DNA of 32,000 nucleotides, from assembly GCA_041677685.1 (NCBI GenBank), contig JBAYPN010000002.1, forward strand, positions 1 to 32,000, given 5' to 3'. This DNA comes from an archaeon (lineage in GTDB: Archaea; Iainarchaeota; Iainarchaeia; Iainarchaeales; CSSED10-239). Below the pieces are notes generated by a model. That model did not search any database, had not been told where the DNA came from, and saw nothing but the letters and a program-made list of their open reading frames with translations. The position numbers and the translations under genes were made by a program. Every line of letters begins with the position of its first letter. The first letter of the stretch is position 1. Of this stretch, positions 1 to 8,379 are shown one piece after another.

Positions 1-32
1 ATAGACAATTGTTAAGTTATTTGTGATTTTAG

Positions 33-677
33 ATGGTTGATTCGGATTTAGTTAATTTTATCTTAGATGAGATTAAGAAAGGTAAAAAGAAAGAAGAGAT
101 ATACACTTTTTTAACTGTGGACAATAATCTAGAAATACCAAAAGAAATATTTGAAAAAGCATATATTGTTTCTGAAATTAAATTTAAAAACAAAAAAGAA
201 ATACCTACTCAAGATAATTTTTCAAAATTAAAGGACAAAGAAGCTTCTTTACCTAAAAGCTCTGATTCTAAAAATAAAGATGATTTTAAAAAAAAAGAAA
301 CTAAAAGCACAGAAACTAAAGATGATTCTAAAAACATAAATAACACCAAAAACAATAGAGATGATATAACAAAACATTATGCCTCAATTTCTGCAATCTC
401 TACAAGTAACACCTCTGAAAAGAAATATGATCTTTCTTTAGTTAGTAGACCTACCAAAAAACCACCAATTGTTAAAAAGGAAATTCCAATTGATAACCTT
501 TCAAATAACTTTCTAAAAAAAAAATTAGAAACAAAAAACCTTCCAAAAAAGAAAGATGAATTTAAAATCTTTAAATTACTTTTAATTTTTTTCTCCACAT
601 TATTATTTTTATTAATTTTAGTTGTTATTATCCTACCTTTACTAAACATTGACCTAATTTCTTATTTTTTTAATTAA
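33..677 (+). CDS. Tail-anchored membrane protein; short paralogue of the first ~215 aa of the 27439..29742 protein
   Basis: ATG at 33 opens a 214-aa ORF. The N-terminal ~50 aa (MVDSDLVNFILDEIKKGKKKEEIYTFLTV...FEKAYIV) is about 60% identical by eye to MMDPDLVNYIFEEIKKGKSKEELFTFLTV...FEQAYLV at 27439. A second conserved island is NNRDDITKHYASI vs NNREDVEKNYFSI. A Lys-rich juxtamembrane segment precedes one TM helix (FKIFKLLLIFFSTLLFLLILVVIILPLL), and the protein ends about 10 aa later. Confidence 0.6.
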   Translation: MVDSDLVNFILDEIKKGKKKEEIYTFLTVDNNLEIPKEIFEKAYIVSEIKFKNKKEIPTQDNFSKLKDKEASLPKSSDSKNKDDFKKKETKSTETKDDSKNINNTKNNRDDITKHYASISAISTSNTSEKKYDLSLVSRPTKKPPIVKKEIPIDNLSNNFLKKKLETKNLPKKKDEFKIFKLLLIFFSTLLFLLILVVIILPLLNIDLISYFFN

Positions 678-833
678 TAATTTGTAATTTAAAATATTTT
701 TCTAAAAAGAAATAACCTTCCTCTTGAAAAACCACATTACCCCAATTTTAAGAAAATGCAAAAACCTTTAAAAATAATACATATTAATATATATAATTAC
801 ATAAATATATTTATAATCTATAAGTGAAATTAT

Positions 834-1769
834 ATGATAAACGATTCAATTTTCCAACAACTAATTAAAACCAAATACAGATTAGAAGGAAAAACTAGAG
901 TGTGGGATTTAAGTGACTCTAAACTTTGGTACCTTACCCCTAAACAAGCTCAAGGTTTTCTAGATCTAGAAAATAATATAAATTATTCAAAGTCCTTAAC
1001 AGAAAATGAAATTAATTTAATTGATTCTAATTTTAATGAAATCTTAGTTAAGTTAAGAGCAAAGGCATACAATATTGTTGACATTGGTTGTGGAGATGGA
1101 AAAAAAGCTTCTTTATTTATTAAAAAACTATCTAATCATTTTAATATTAGATACTGCCCAATAGATATTAGCTCTTACATGGTTAAAAAAGCCTCAGAAA
1201 ACATAAGAAAATTAAAAGTAAGTGAAGTTGTTGAACTTAACTGGAATATTTCAGATTTTGAAAACTTAGAAAATGTTACTTCACTTTTTAGAGATTCCAA
1301 TTTTAAAAGAAACATCTATTTGTTCTTAGGTAATACCATGGGGAATTTTAAAGGAGACATTATTCTTCAAGCAATAAGAAAGAGTATGAAGAAAGGAGAC
1401 ATCTTAATTATTGGAAACGGAATCTATAATCCTGAGTTTGATGAAGTAAGTAGTTATAAGACTAAAGAAATTGACAATTTTCTATACCCAATGATAAACC
1501 TTATTAGTCTTAAAAAAGAAGATATTAATTTTGATTGTAGATTTATAGAAAAAGAATCAAGAATTGAAATGTTCTATGTTTTGAATAAAAATAAAACAAT
1601 TACAAATAATAACCAAAAAATTGAATTTAAAAAAGGAGATTATATAGTTACTGGCATCTCCTATAAATACAGCAAACCAATATTTAAAAAAATATTAAAT
1701 AAATTTTTTAACACTAAAGTATTTTTTGATAAAGATGAAACTTATGCACTATCTTTGTGCGGTGTTTAG
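834..1769 (+). CDS. Class I SAM-dependent methyltransferase, EgtD-like (histidine-specific methyltransferase family pattern)
   Basis: 311-aa ORF. SAM motif I is IVDIGCGDGKK, followed by YCPIDIS, DFENL, LFLGNTMGNF and KKGDILIIGNGI. This order and spacing resemble the EgtD/Methyltransf_33 pattern (ELGxGxxxK ... YxPxDIS ... FxGSTIGNF ... PGDxLLxG) recalled from memory. No HMM search was run. Confidence 0.6.
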   Translation: MINDSIFQQLIKTKYRLEGKTRVWDLSDSKLWYLTPKQAQGFLDLENNINYSKSLTENEINLIDSNFNEILVKLRAKAYNIVDIGCGDGKKASLFIKKLSNHFNIRYCPIDISSYMVKKASENIRKLKVSEVVELNWNISDFENLENVTSLFRDSNFKRNIYLFLGNTMGNFKGDIILQAIRKSMKKGDILIIGNGIYNPEFDEVSSYKTKEIDNFLYPMINLISLKKEDINFDCRFIEKESRIEMFYVLNKNKTITNNNQKIEFKKGDYIVTGISYKYSKPIFKKILNKFFNTKVFFDKDETYALSLCGV

Positions 1770-1781
1770 CTTGTGATAATT

Positions 1782-4469
1782 ATGGCAGAAACAGAACTAA
1801 AAAAAAATGTAAGGCCCCTTTTTGAAAAAGATTGGAAAAAACATTATGAGGTAAAAGCCTTAACCAATCTTGGGTATGAAAGAAAAATATGTAAGTCTTG
1901 TAAAAAACCATTCTGGACACTAGATAAAGGAAAAGACATCTGTGCAGATTCTTCCTGTGTTGGAAACACATTTATTGGAAAGAAAACTAAAGAATATAGT
2001 TATACAGAAACTTGGAACAAGATAGAAGAATTTTTCATAAAAAATGAACACACCTCAATTCCTCGTTATCCTGTTATTCCAAGATGGAGAAATGATCTTT
2101 ATTTTACAAATGCCTCAATTATTGATTTTCAACCATATGTTGTTAATGGAGAGGTTAAGCCTCCAGCAGACCCTTTAATTGTGCCACAGACAGCAATTAG
2201 GTTTGGAGATGTTTCTAATGTTGGAGTTACTGGAACACACTATACAACATTTGTTATGTTTGGACAACATGCTTTTAATTCTGATCCAAAAAAACCCTAT
2301 TGGAAAGATCAAGCGCTATCTTTAGACTTTCAATATCTAACAAAAGTAATTGGAGTTAGAGAGAAAGATCTAATCTTTAAGGAAGACGTTTGGGAAGGTG
2401 GAGGTTATTTTGGACCTTGTATGGAATATTTTGCAAACGGAGTTGAGCTTGGAAATTGTGTGTTTATGGAATTTTTAGACTTAGGAAATAATAATTATGA
2501 AAAACTAAAAAAACCAATAATTGATATGGGGGCTGGTTTTGAAAGACTTGCATGGTACACAAACGGTACACCTACAAGCTATGATGTTACTTTTAAAGAA
2601 CTTTTAGATTATTTAAAAAAATATACAAAAATTAAATTTGATAATAAACTATTGAGTGACTTTTATAGAATTTCAAGCAGATTAAATGCAGATGAAGTTA
2701 ATGATGTTGAAGTTGCAAAGGACCTTGTTGCAAAAGAACTTGGGTACACTAAAGAAGAACTATTTGATATCTTAGAACCAATCCATGCTTTATATGCTGT
2801 TTGTGACCATACAAAAACATTACTTTACACTTCCACAGATGGACTTTTACCAAGTAATTCTGGAGGAGGCTATAACCTAAGAATGATTGCAAGAAGATTA
2901 TTTGATATTGATTATAAATTTGATTTTAAATTAGACTTTAATAGGATATTTGAGATTCATGTAAAGTCTTTAGAAAATTTTGACCCAACCATAAAGTTTG
3001 GTTTAAAAACAGCAAAGGATGTCTTAGAACAAGAACATAATAAATATTTAATAAGTAAAGAGAAAGCAAAATCAAAACTTAACATCTTACTTAACTCAAA
3101 AAAAGAGCTCCAAACAAAAGACCTTGTTACTCTTTACAGAAGTGATGGAATTACAAAAGAACAAATTTTAGAAGCTTCTAAAAAATTAAATAAAAAAATT
3201 AATTTTCCATCAGATTATTATTTAGAAATTTCAGAAAGTAACTCTACAGGAAAATCAGGAAAAGACAACGGCTTTTTAGATAAGATTTTAGACAAAGAAA
3301 ATATAGAAATAATCAAAGCTCTACCAAATACTTTAAAATTATATTACTTAGGAGAAACTGAATGTGTTTCTAAGGTAATCTTTTCCTCAAAGAAATTTGT
3401 GATCTTAGACAAAACTGTTTTCTACCCAGAAGGAGGAGGACAGGTTTATGATAAAGGAACAATTAATGGAAACTTTGAAGTTGGAGAGGTTTATAACTTT
3501 GAAGGAAAAATCTTACATCTTTTAGACAATAAAGAAAAAACATTAAATGTTGGACACTCTGCTATCTGCATAGTTGACGATATTAGACAAAGACAACTTA
3601 GAGCACAGCACACAACCACCCACCTACTTAATGCAGCTTGTAAAAGAATACTTGGGCAACATATTTGGCAGGCAGGAGCTTATAAGGATGTTAACCAAGC
3701 TCACTTGGATGTTACTCATTATAAGACAATTACAGACCAAGAGTTGGTATTGATTGAAGATCTAGTAAATGATTGGATCTTTCAAGCACATAAGGTAAAT
3801 ATTTTTGAACTTTTAAAAGATGATGCAGAAAAAAAATATGGGTTTAGGCTTTATCAAGGTGGGGCAATTCCAGGAAACTCCTTAAGAATAATTGAAATTC
3901 CAGGCATTGATGTTCAGGCTTGTGCAGGACTACATTTAGATAACACCTCTATGGCAGGTCTTTGTAAGATAATTAAAAGAAACTCTGTTCAAGATGGTGT
4001 TGAAAGAATTACCTTTACAACCTACAAGTCAGCACTAAAATTTATTAAAAATCAAGAAATACTATTAAATAAGGCAAGTGAAGTTTTGTCAATTTCTCCT
4101 CTAGAGTTACCAAGAACAATTAATACTTTCTTTAACGAATGGAAAGAGCAAAGAAAAGAAATTGATTCTTTAAGGTACAGAATTGCAAACTATGAAAGCA
4201 GTAACATAATTGATACTGAGCACAAAAAAGTAATTGCAAAATTCAATTTAGATAGTGTTGAGATATTAAAGATCTTTAAAAAAGTTACAGAAGTAGATAA
4301 AGCTAAGGACAAATCTATTGCTATCTATAATAATAATGGTAATGTCTTTATTTGGAAAGGTCCAAACTCAAAAATCAGTATTGAAGAATTAAAGAGTGAA
4401 CTTGAAGAGAAATTGTCCAAAAGTATTAAAGGAGGAGGAAAGATTCTTTTCCAAGGTAAGATCTGTTAA
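1782..4469 (+). CDS. alaS: Alanine--tRNA ligase (archaeal type)
   Basis: About 895 aa. The class II catalytic core has FTNASIIDFQP and GAGFERLAW. The editing domain has the HxxxH motif (QHTTTHLLNAA) and CxxxH (ACAGLH), and GGGK lies near the C-terminus. GTG at 1773 is an alternative start. Confidence 0.93.
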   Translation: MAETELKKNVRPLFEKDWKKHYEVKALTNLGYERKICKSCKKPFWTLDKGKDICADSSCVGNTFIGKKTKEYSYTETWNKIEEFFIKNEHTSIPRYPVIPRWRNDLYFTNASIIDFQPYVVNGEVKPPADPLIVPQTAIRFGDVSNVGVTGTHYTTFVMFGQHAFNSDPKKPYWKDQALSLDFQYLTKVIGVREKDLIFKEDVWEGGGYFGPCMEYFANGVELGNCVFMEFLDLGNNNYEKLKKPIIDMGAGFERLAWYTNGTPTSYDVTFKELLDYLKKYTKIKFDNKLLSDFYRISSRLNADEVNDVEVAKDLVAKELGYTKEELFDILEPIHALYAVCDHTKTLLYTSTDGLLPSNSGGGYNLRMIARRLFDIDYKFDFKLDFNRIFEIHVKSLENFDPTIKFGLKTAKDVLEQEHNKYLISKEKAKSKLNILLNSKKELQTKDLVTLYRSDGITKEQILEASKKLNKKINFPSDYYLEISESNSTGKSGKDNGFLDKILDKENIEIIKALPNTLKLYYLGETECVSKVIFSSKKFVILDKTVFYPEGGGQVYDKGTINGNFEVGEVYNFEGKILHLLDNKEKTLNVGHSAICIVDDIRQRQLRAQHTTTHLLNAACKRILGQHIWQAGAYKDVNQAHLDVTHYKTITDQELVLIEDLVNDWIFQAHKVNIFELLKDDAEKKYGFRLYQGGAIPGNSLRIIEIPGIDVQACAGLHLDNTSMAGLCKIIKRNSVQDGVERITFTTYKSALKFIKNQEILLNKASEVLSISPLELPRTINTFFNEWKEQRKEIDSLRYRIANYESSNIIDTEHKKVIAKFNLDSVEILKIFKKVTEVDKAKDKSIAIYNNNGNVFIWKGPNSKISIEELKSELEEKLSKSIKGGGKILFQGKIC

Positions 4470-4511
4470 TAAGAATAATTTTTAAAATAAAATAATTTGT
4501 AAACAAATTAA

Positions 4512-4625
4512 AAATAAAATTAAATTAAGACCAAATAAAATTAAATTAAGACCAAATAAAATTAAATTAAGACCAAATAAAATTAAATTAAGACCAAATA
4601 AAATTAAATTAAGACCAAATAAAAT
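4512..4625. repeat. Intergenic minisatellite, 21-bp unit x ~5.4 (AAATTAAATTAAGACCAAATA)
   Basis: The GACC landmark recurs at 4529, 4550, 4571, 4592 and 4613, an exact 21-nt period with identical copies. A short palindrome AATTTGTAAACAAATT (4494-4509) precedes the array. It lies between the alaS stop (4469) and the start of the PLD-like gene (4680). Confidence 0.9.
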
Positions 4626-4679
4626 AATTTGAAAAAAATAATATAATATATTTTAAAAAAGAAGAAGAAGGATAAAGAT

Positions 4680-5849
4680 ATGAATGTTATTAGGATTTTA
4701 AGCTGGGTTATTGGAATATTTGTTTTAGCTTTGATTGTTGTGTCTTTTATTTCAAGTGAGGACAAATCTGTAGATGATGTTATTGATAACTTTAGAAGTG
4801 ACTCAAACAAGCAAGATGATCTAAAAGACAAAAATTCAATTATAGATTTTAACTCTGTGGTGGATCTTAACTCCATAGTTAGTAAAACAGAAAATACCTA
4901 TAGTGACATAAAAAACAGAATTGTCTATGGGTCTAAAAACAGAAAGCTACCAACAGAAGTTTACTTTTGTCCAGAAGACAATTGTGAAGAAAAACTAATA
5001 ACCTTAATTAGTAACTCTAAAAAAACAATTGATTGTGCAGTTTATGACCTTACCCTTGATGCAGTCACTGATGCTTTAATTACTTCTAATTTAGAAAGAA
5101 ATGTAAAAGTTAGATTTGTTAGTGATGCTGAGAGATCTTCAAGCAAATATTCCTTGATTGGAAAAATTAAAGATTCAAATATGTCTGTAATTACAAATTC
5201 TGTTGATTCTTCCTACATGCACAATAAGTTTTGTGTTTTTGATAGTAAGATTGTTTGGGTTGGGTCTATGAACTTTACATTAAATGGAGCTTATAAAAAT
5301 AATAATAATGTTCTAGTGATTGAAGACAAAGAAGTTGCAAAAGAATTTACTAGAAAGATAGATACTTTCTTTGATGGAGAATTTAGTCCACAAGTCTCTT
5401 CTGAAATTTATGCAAAGGACTTTGGAAATTCAGAGATTTATTTTTGTCCAGAAGACAATTGTCTATACCATGTTGAAGATTATTTAGAGGATTCAAATGT
5501 TTCTCTTGACTGTATGTATTTTAGTTATACTTTAGACTCAGTTACAGAAATTATAAAAAATTTAGATTCAAAGAAAAGATTTATTTTTGAAAAAAGAAAT
5601 TCTATAGGTTATTCTGAATATCAAAAGCTAGAGGATCTAAATATTCCCGTAATAGTTGACAACAATCCAAACAACATGCATAATAAGTTTTGTGTAATTG
5701 ATAATAAAATAGTTATGACTGGATCTTTAAATCTTTCAGTAAATGGTACTGAAAATAATGATGAGAGTCTAGTGTTTATTAATGACTCAAACATAGCTAT
5801 GCAGTATACAGATTATTTTAATAAATATTGGCAGGAATGGAATTCTTAA
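4680..5849 (+). CDS. Membrane-anchored phospholipase D superfamily protein with two HKD motifs (lipid-modifying enzyme or nuclease; not resolved)
   Basis: 389 aa with an N-terminal TM helix (ILSWVIGIFVLALIVVSFI). There are two internally duplicated halves, each opening with (V/I)YFCPEDNC and each carrying HxKxxxxD...GSxN: MHNKFCVFDSKIVWVGSMNFT (His codon 5220) and MHNKFCVIDNKIVMTGSLNLS (His codon 5679). Confidence 0.8.
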   Translation: MNVIRILSWVIGIFVLALIVVSFISSEDKSVDDVIDNFRSDSNKQDDLKDKNSIIDFNSVVDLNSIVSKTENTYSDIKNRIVYGSKNRKLPTEVYFCPEDNCEEKLITLISNSKKTIDCAVYDLTLDAVTDALITSNLERNVKVRFVSDAERSSSKYSLIGKIKDSNMSVITNSVDSSYMHNKFCVFDSKIVWVGSMNFTLNGAYKNNNNVLVIEDKEVAKEFTRKIDTFFDGEFSPQVSSEIYAKDFGNSEIYFCPEDNCLYHVEDYLEDSNVSLDCMYFSYTLDSVTEIIKNLDSKKRFIFEKRNSIGYSEYQKLEDLNIPVIVDNNPNNMHNKFCVIDNKIVMTGSLNLSVNGTENNDESLVFINDSNIAMQYTDYFNKYWQEWNS

Positions 5850-5865
5850 AAATAAAGAAACATAG

Positions 5866-5873
5866 TTTATAAA
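5866..5873 (+). promoter_or_regulatory. Candidate TATA box (TTTATAAA) upstream of tRNA-Pro
   Basis: TTTATAAA lies about 31-38 nt upstream of the mature tRNA 5' end. This is slightly far for a TATA box at -26, but it is compatible with a short leader processed by RNase P. Confidence 0.3.
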
Positions 5874-5903
5874 CTTATTGTTACATAATTATATTATTAA
5901 AAT

Positions 5904-5978
5904 GGGGCTGTGGTGTAGTCTGGTCTAGCATGTGAGCTTTGGGAGCTTTCGACCCCCGTTCAAATCGGGGCAGTCCCA
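5904..5978 (+). tRNA. tRNA-Pro (anticodon UGG)
   Basis: Folded by hand; the element is 75 nt.
- Acceptor stem: GGGGCTG/CAGTCCC, 7 bp with one G-U.
- D arm: U8, A14, GG in the D loop and A21.
- Anticodon arm: stem TGAGC/GCTTT (4 pairs plus U-U at 27:43) and loop TT-TGG-GA with U33 and G37.
- T arm: CCCCG/CGGGG with loop TTCAAAT and G53:C61.
- 3' end: discriminator A; no encoded CCA; no intron.

It is the only GC-rich island in this region. Confidence 0.9.
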
Positions 5979-6003
5979 TTTAATTTTTACTTTTAAAAAA
6001 TTG

Positions 6004-6738
6004 ATGTTTATGGGTTCTAGAAAACCGCCTGTTGGTGGAGCTAAGAAAGGTAAATCTGGTACTCAATTAAACTTATTCTCAGAACTAGAAAACAAAACAC
6101 GTAATAAAGGGCTTGTAAAGAAAAGACTTTTAGAAAGCAGGAAAAAAGTACAAGATAAACTTGCAAAAAAAGTCTTAGAAGAAAAAAAAATACAGCAAGA
6201 AGAAAAACTCAAAAAAGGATTTGAGAAAAAATATAAGTTGTATAAACAAAAAGTTAATGAGGGATTAAAAAAAACTAATTTTCCAAAACATTTAAAAAAA
6301 GAAAGAATTATTTTTAATAAATTTATAGAAAAAGTATTAAATTCTAAAACTGTTTACAAAAGACAAGAAGTTCAAAAGACGTTATCCTCAATGTTAAAAG
6401 ATAATAAACTTATAGCTGAGAACCTTATAAGAATTCTTAAAGAAAATGAATCAGTTAAAAGGGACACTCTTTATTTTAAGTTACTAACAGATTTAAAGGA
6501 TAGACTTATTCAATCAAGTATAGACTTAAAAAAATTTGTAAACATGAATGATTATCTTAATAATGCAGAAGGTCTAAAGAGAAGTTTTAGTAGAGCTGGA
6601 GACAAAGACGCAGCTGAAGGTGTTTCCAACTTTGTTGCAGCCTATAAAAAAGAATTGCCTGTACTTGAAAAAAAATTAAGCGATCGATATCCTAAAGACT
6701 TAGCCTTTGTACAAACTATAAGAAGTGGATTTAAATAA
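6004..6738 (+). CDS. Hypothetical Lys-rich protein, predicted largely helical or coiled-coil
   Basis: The ORF-track start at 5932 lies inside the tRNA-Pro gene. The first ATG after the tRNA is at 6004 (MFMGSRKPPVGGAKKGK...). The protein is 244 aa with no motif I recognise. Confidence 0.55.
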   Translation: MFMGSRKPPVGGAKKGKSGTQLNLFSELENKTRNKGLVKKRLLESRKKVQDKLAKKVLEEKKIQQEEKLKKGFEKKYKLYKQKVNEGLKKTNFPKHLKKERIIFNKFIEKVLNSKTVYKRQEVQKTLSSMLKDNKLIAENLIRILKENESVKRDTLYFKLLTDLKDRLIQSSIDLKKFVNMNDYLNNAEGLKRSFSRAGDKDAAEGVSNFVAAYKKELPVLEKKLSDRYPKDLAFVQTIRSGFK

Positions 6739-6876
6739 TCTTTATTTAATTTTTCTTTTTTGTTTTTATAAATGTATTTTATAAATATATTGTTTCTAAG
6801 TATATATTGTTTGAACAAATAAAAGCATAACAATTAAAATTTAAAACTAAAAAAAATAAAAAATTGTGAATAAAAA

Positions 6877-8340
6877 ATGGCCTCAAGTAAAGATTTTGAA
6901 ATTGAAGAATTTAATGATTGGTTTAATGATATTATATTTAAAGCAGAACTAGCAGACATCAGATATAATATTAAAGGCTTTGTTGTCTTTAGACCTTGGT
7001 CAGTTTTTTCAATGTCAAAGATGTTTAGAATCTATGAAGATTTTCTAAATGAAACTGGTCACCAACAAGTGATGATGCCAACATTAATTCCTGAAGAAAA
7101 CTTTTTAAAGGAATCAGAGCATGTTGAAGGTTTTAGCCCTGAAGTCTTTTGGGTAACAAAACATGGAGATGAAGACTTTGAACAAAAGTATGCTTTAAGA
7201 CCAACTTCAGAAACAGCTTTTTATTTTATGTTTAGTTACTGGGTTCAGAGCTATAAAGATCTACCATTAAAGACATACCAAAGAGCAAATGTTTTTAGAT
7301 ATGATTCAAAAGCAACAAAACCATTTATTAGAGGTAGAGAGTTCTATTGGTTTGAAGCACACAACCTATTTGAAACTCTAGAAGAAGCAAAAGAACAAGT
7401 TTTAGAAGACATGGAGATTACAGAGGCTATGCTTCATCAAGAATTTGCAATTCCATTCTTATTTTTTAAAAGACCTCAATGGGATAAATTTCCAGGAGCA
7501 ATAAACACCTATGCAGCAGACACCATTTTACCAAATGGAAAAATGTTACAATTACCATCCACTCATTTACTTGGAACAAAGTTTACAGAAACATTTAATG
7601 TTAAATTTAAAGATAAAGATGAACAACTAAAATTCCCATTTGGAACCTGTTATGGTCCTGCAATCTCAAGAATCTATGGTGGACTTATTTCTGTTCATGG
7701 AGACAAGAATGGTTTAAGGTTACCTTTTGATCTAGCACCAACACAGGTAATAATCTTACCTTTATATTTTAGTACTGCTGACAATGAGAAGGTTGAAAAG
7801 TTGTGCTTGGATATTGCAGAAGACCTAGACAAACTAGGTTATAGAGTAAGAATTGATGATCAGAAAGAAAAAACTCCAAAAGAAAGATTTAGTTATAGTG
7901 AGATGAAAGGGATACCACTAAGAATTGAAATTGGTCCTAAGGATATTCTTGAAGGTGTAGTTACAGTTTACAGAAGAGATTTAAATACTAAAGAAAAAAT
8001 ATTTATTGCTGACTTGTATGATGATATTAAAAAAATCTCACAAGAATTTACAGATAATCTAAGAGAACAAGCAGATGAATTTTTTGAAAGTAAAATTGTA
8101 ACAGTCTACACCTATGATGACCTTAAAGAAGTACTTGATGAAAATAAAGTTGCAAGAGTTCCAATCTGCTCAATTGAGATGGAAGGGAAAGCTTGTGCTG
8201 ATGAGATTAAAGCAGACACTAAGGGTGGAGAAGTAAGAGGTACAAGAATGGATTATGAAGACTTACCAAACGAAGATGCAATCTGTATAGTCTGTGGTAA
8301 GAAATCAAATTGTATGGCTTATGTCTCAAAGAGCTATTAG
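6877..8340 (+). CDS. proS: Proline--tRNA ligase (archaeal/eukaryotic type)
   Basis: 487 aa. Class II motifs include FRYDSKATKPFIRGREFYW and LRPTSETAFY. An anticodon-binding domain is followed by a C-terminal Zn-binding domain (CIVCGKKSNC) ending in the conserved terminal Tyr (...SKSY). Confidence 0.92.
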   Translation: MASSKDFEIEEFNDWFNDIIFKAELADIRYNIKGFVVFRPWSVFSMSKMFRIYEDFLNETGHQQVMMPTLIPEENFLKESEHVEGFSPEVFWVTKHGDEDFEQKYALRPTSETAFYFMFSYWVQSYKDLPLKTYQRANVFRYDSKATKPFIRGREFYWFEAHNLFETLEEAKEQVLEDMEITEAMLHQEFAIPFLFFKRPQWDKFPGAINTYAADTILPNGKMLQLPSTHLLGTKFTETFNVKFKDKDEQLKFPFGTCYGPAISRIYGGLISVHGDKNGLRLPFDLAPTQVIILPLYFSTADNEKVEKLCLDIAEDLDKLGYRVRIDDQKEKTPKERFSYSEMKGIPLRIEIGPKDILEGVVTVYRRDLNTKEKIFIADLYDDIKKISQEFTDNLREQADEFFESKIVTVYTYDDLKEVLDENKVARVPICSIEMEGKACADEIKADTKGGEVRGTRMDYEDLPNEDAICIVCGKKSNCMAYVSKSY

Positions 8341-8379
8341 GTTCTTCTTCTTTTAAACTTTTTCATTCATATATTTAAT

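Noticed and set aside
4512-4625. Could the tandem arrays at 4512, 11703 and 13390 be CRISPR arrays?
   Set aside because: The units are contiguous with no unique spacers between them. They are only 17-21 bp, extremely AT-rich and non-palindromic, and no cas genes are in the window. They are minisatellites.
5904-5978. tRNA gene as an integration site for a mobile element
   Set aside because: No integrase or recombinase gene was seen, and no second copy of the tRNA 3' half (TTCAAATCGGGGCAGTCCCA) was noticed by eye elsewhere in the window. The flanking genes are housekeeping. A formal repeat search was not possible.
5932-6003. ORF-track start at 5932 for the 268-aa ORF
   Set aside because: Its first ~16 codons lie within the well-folded tRNA-Pro gene (5904-5978). 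ATG at 6004 is the first start downstream of the tRNA.
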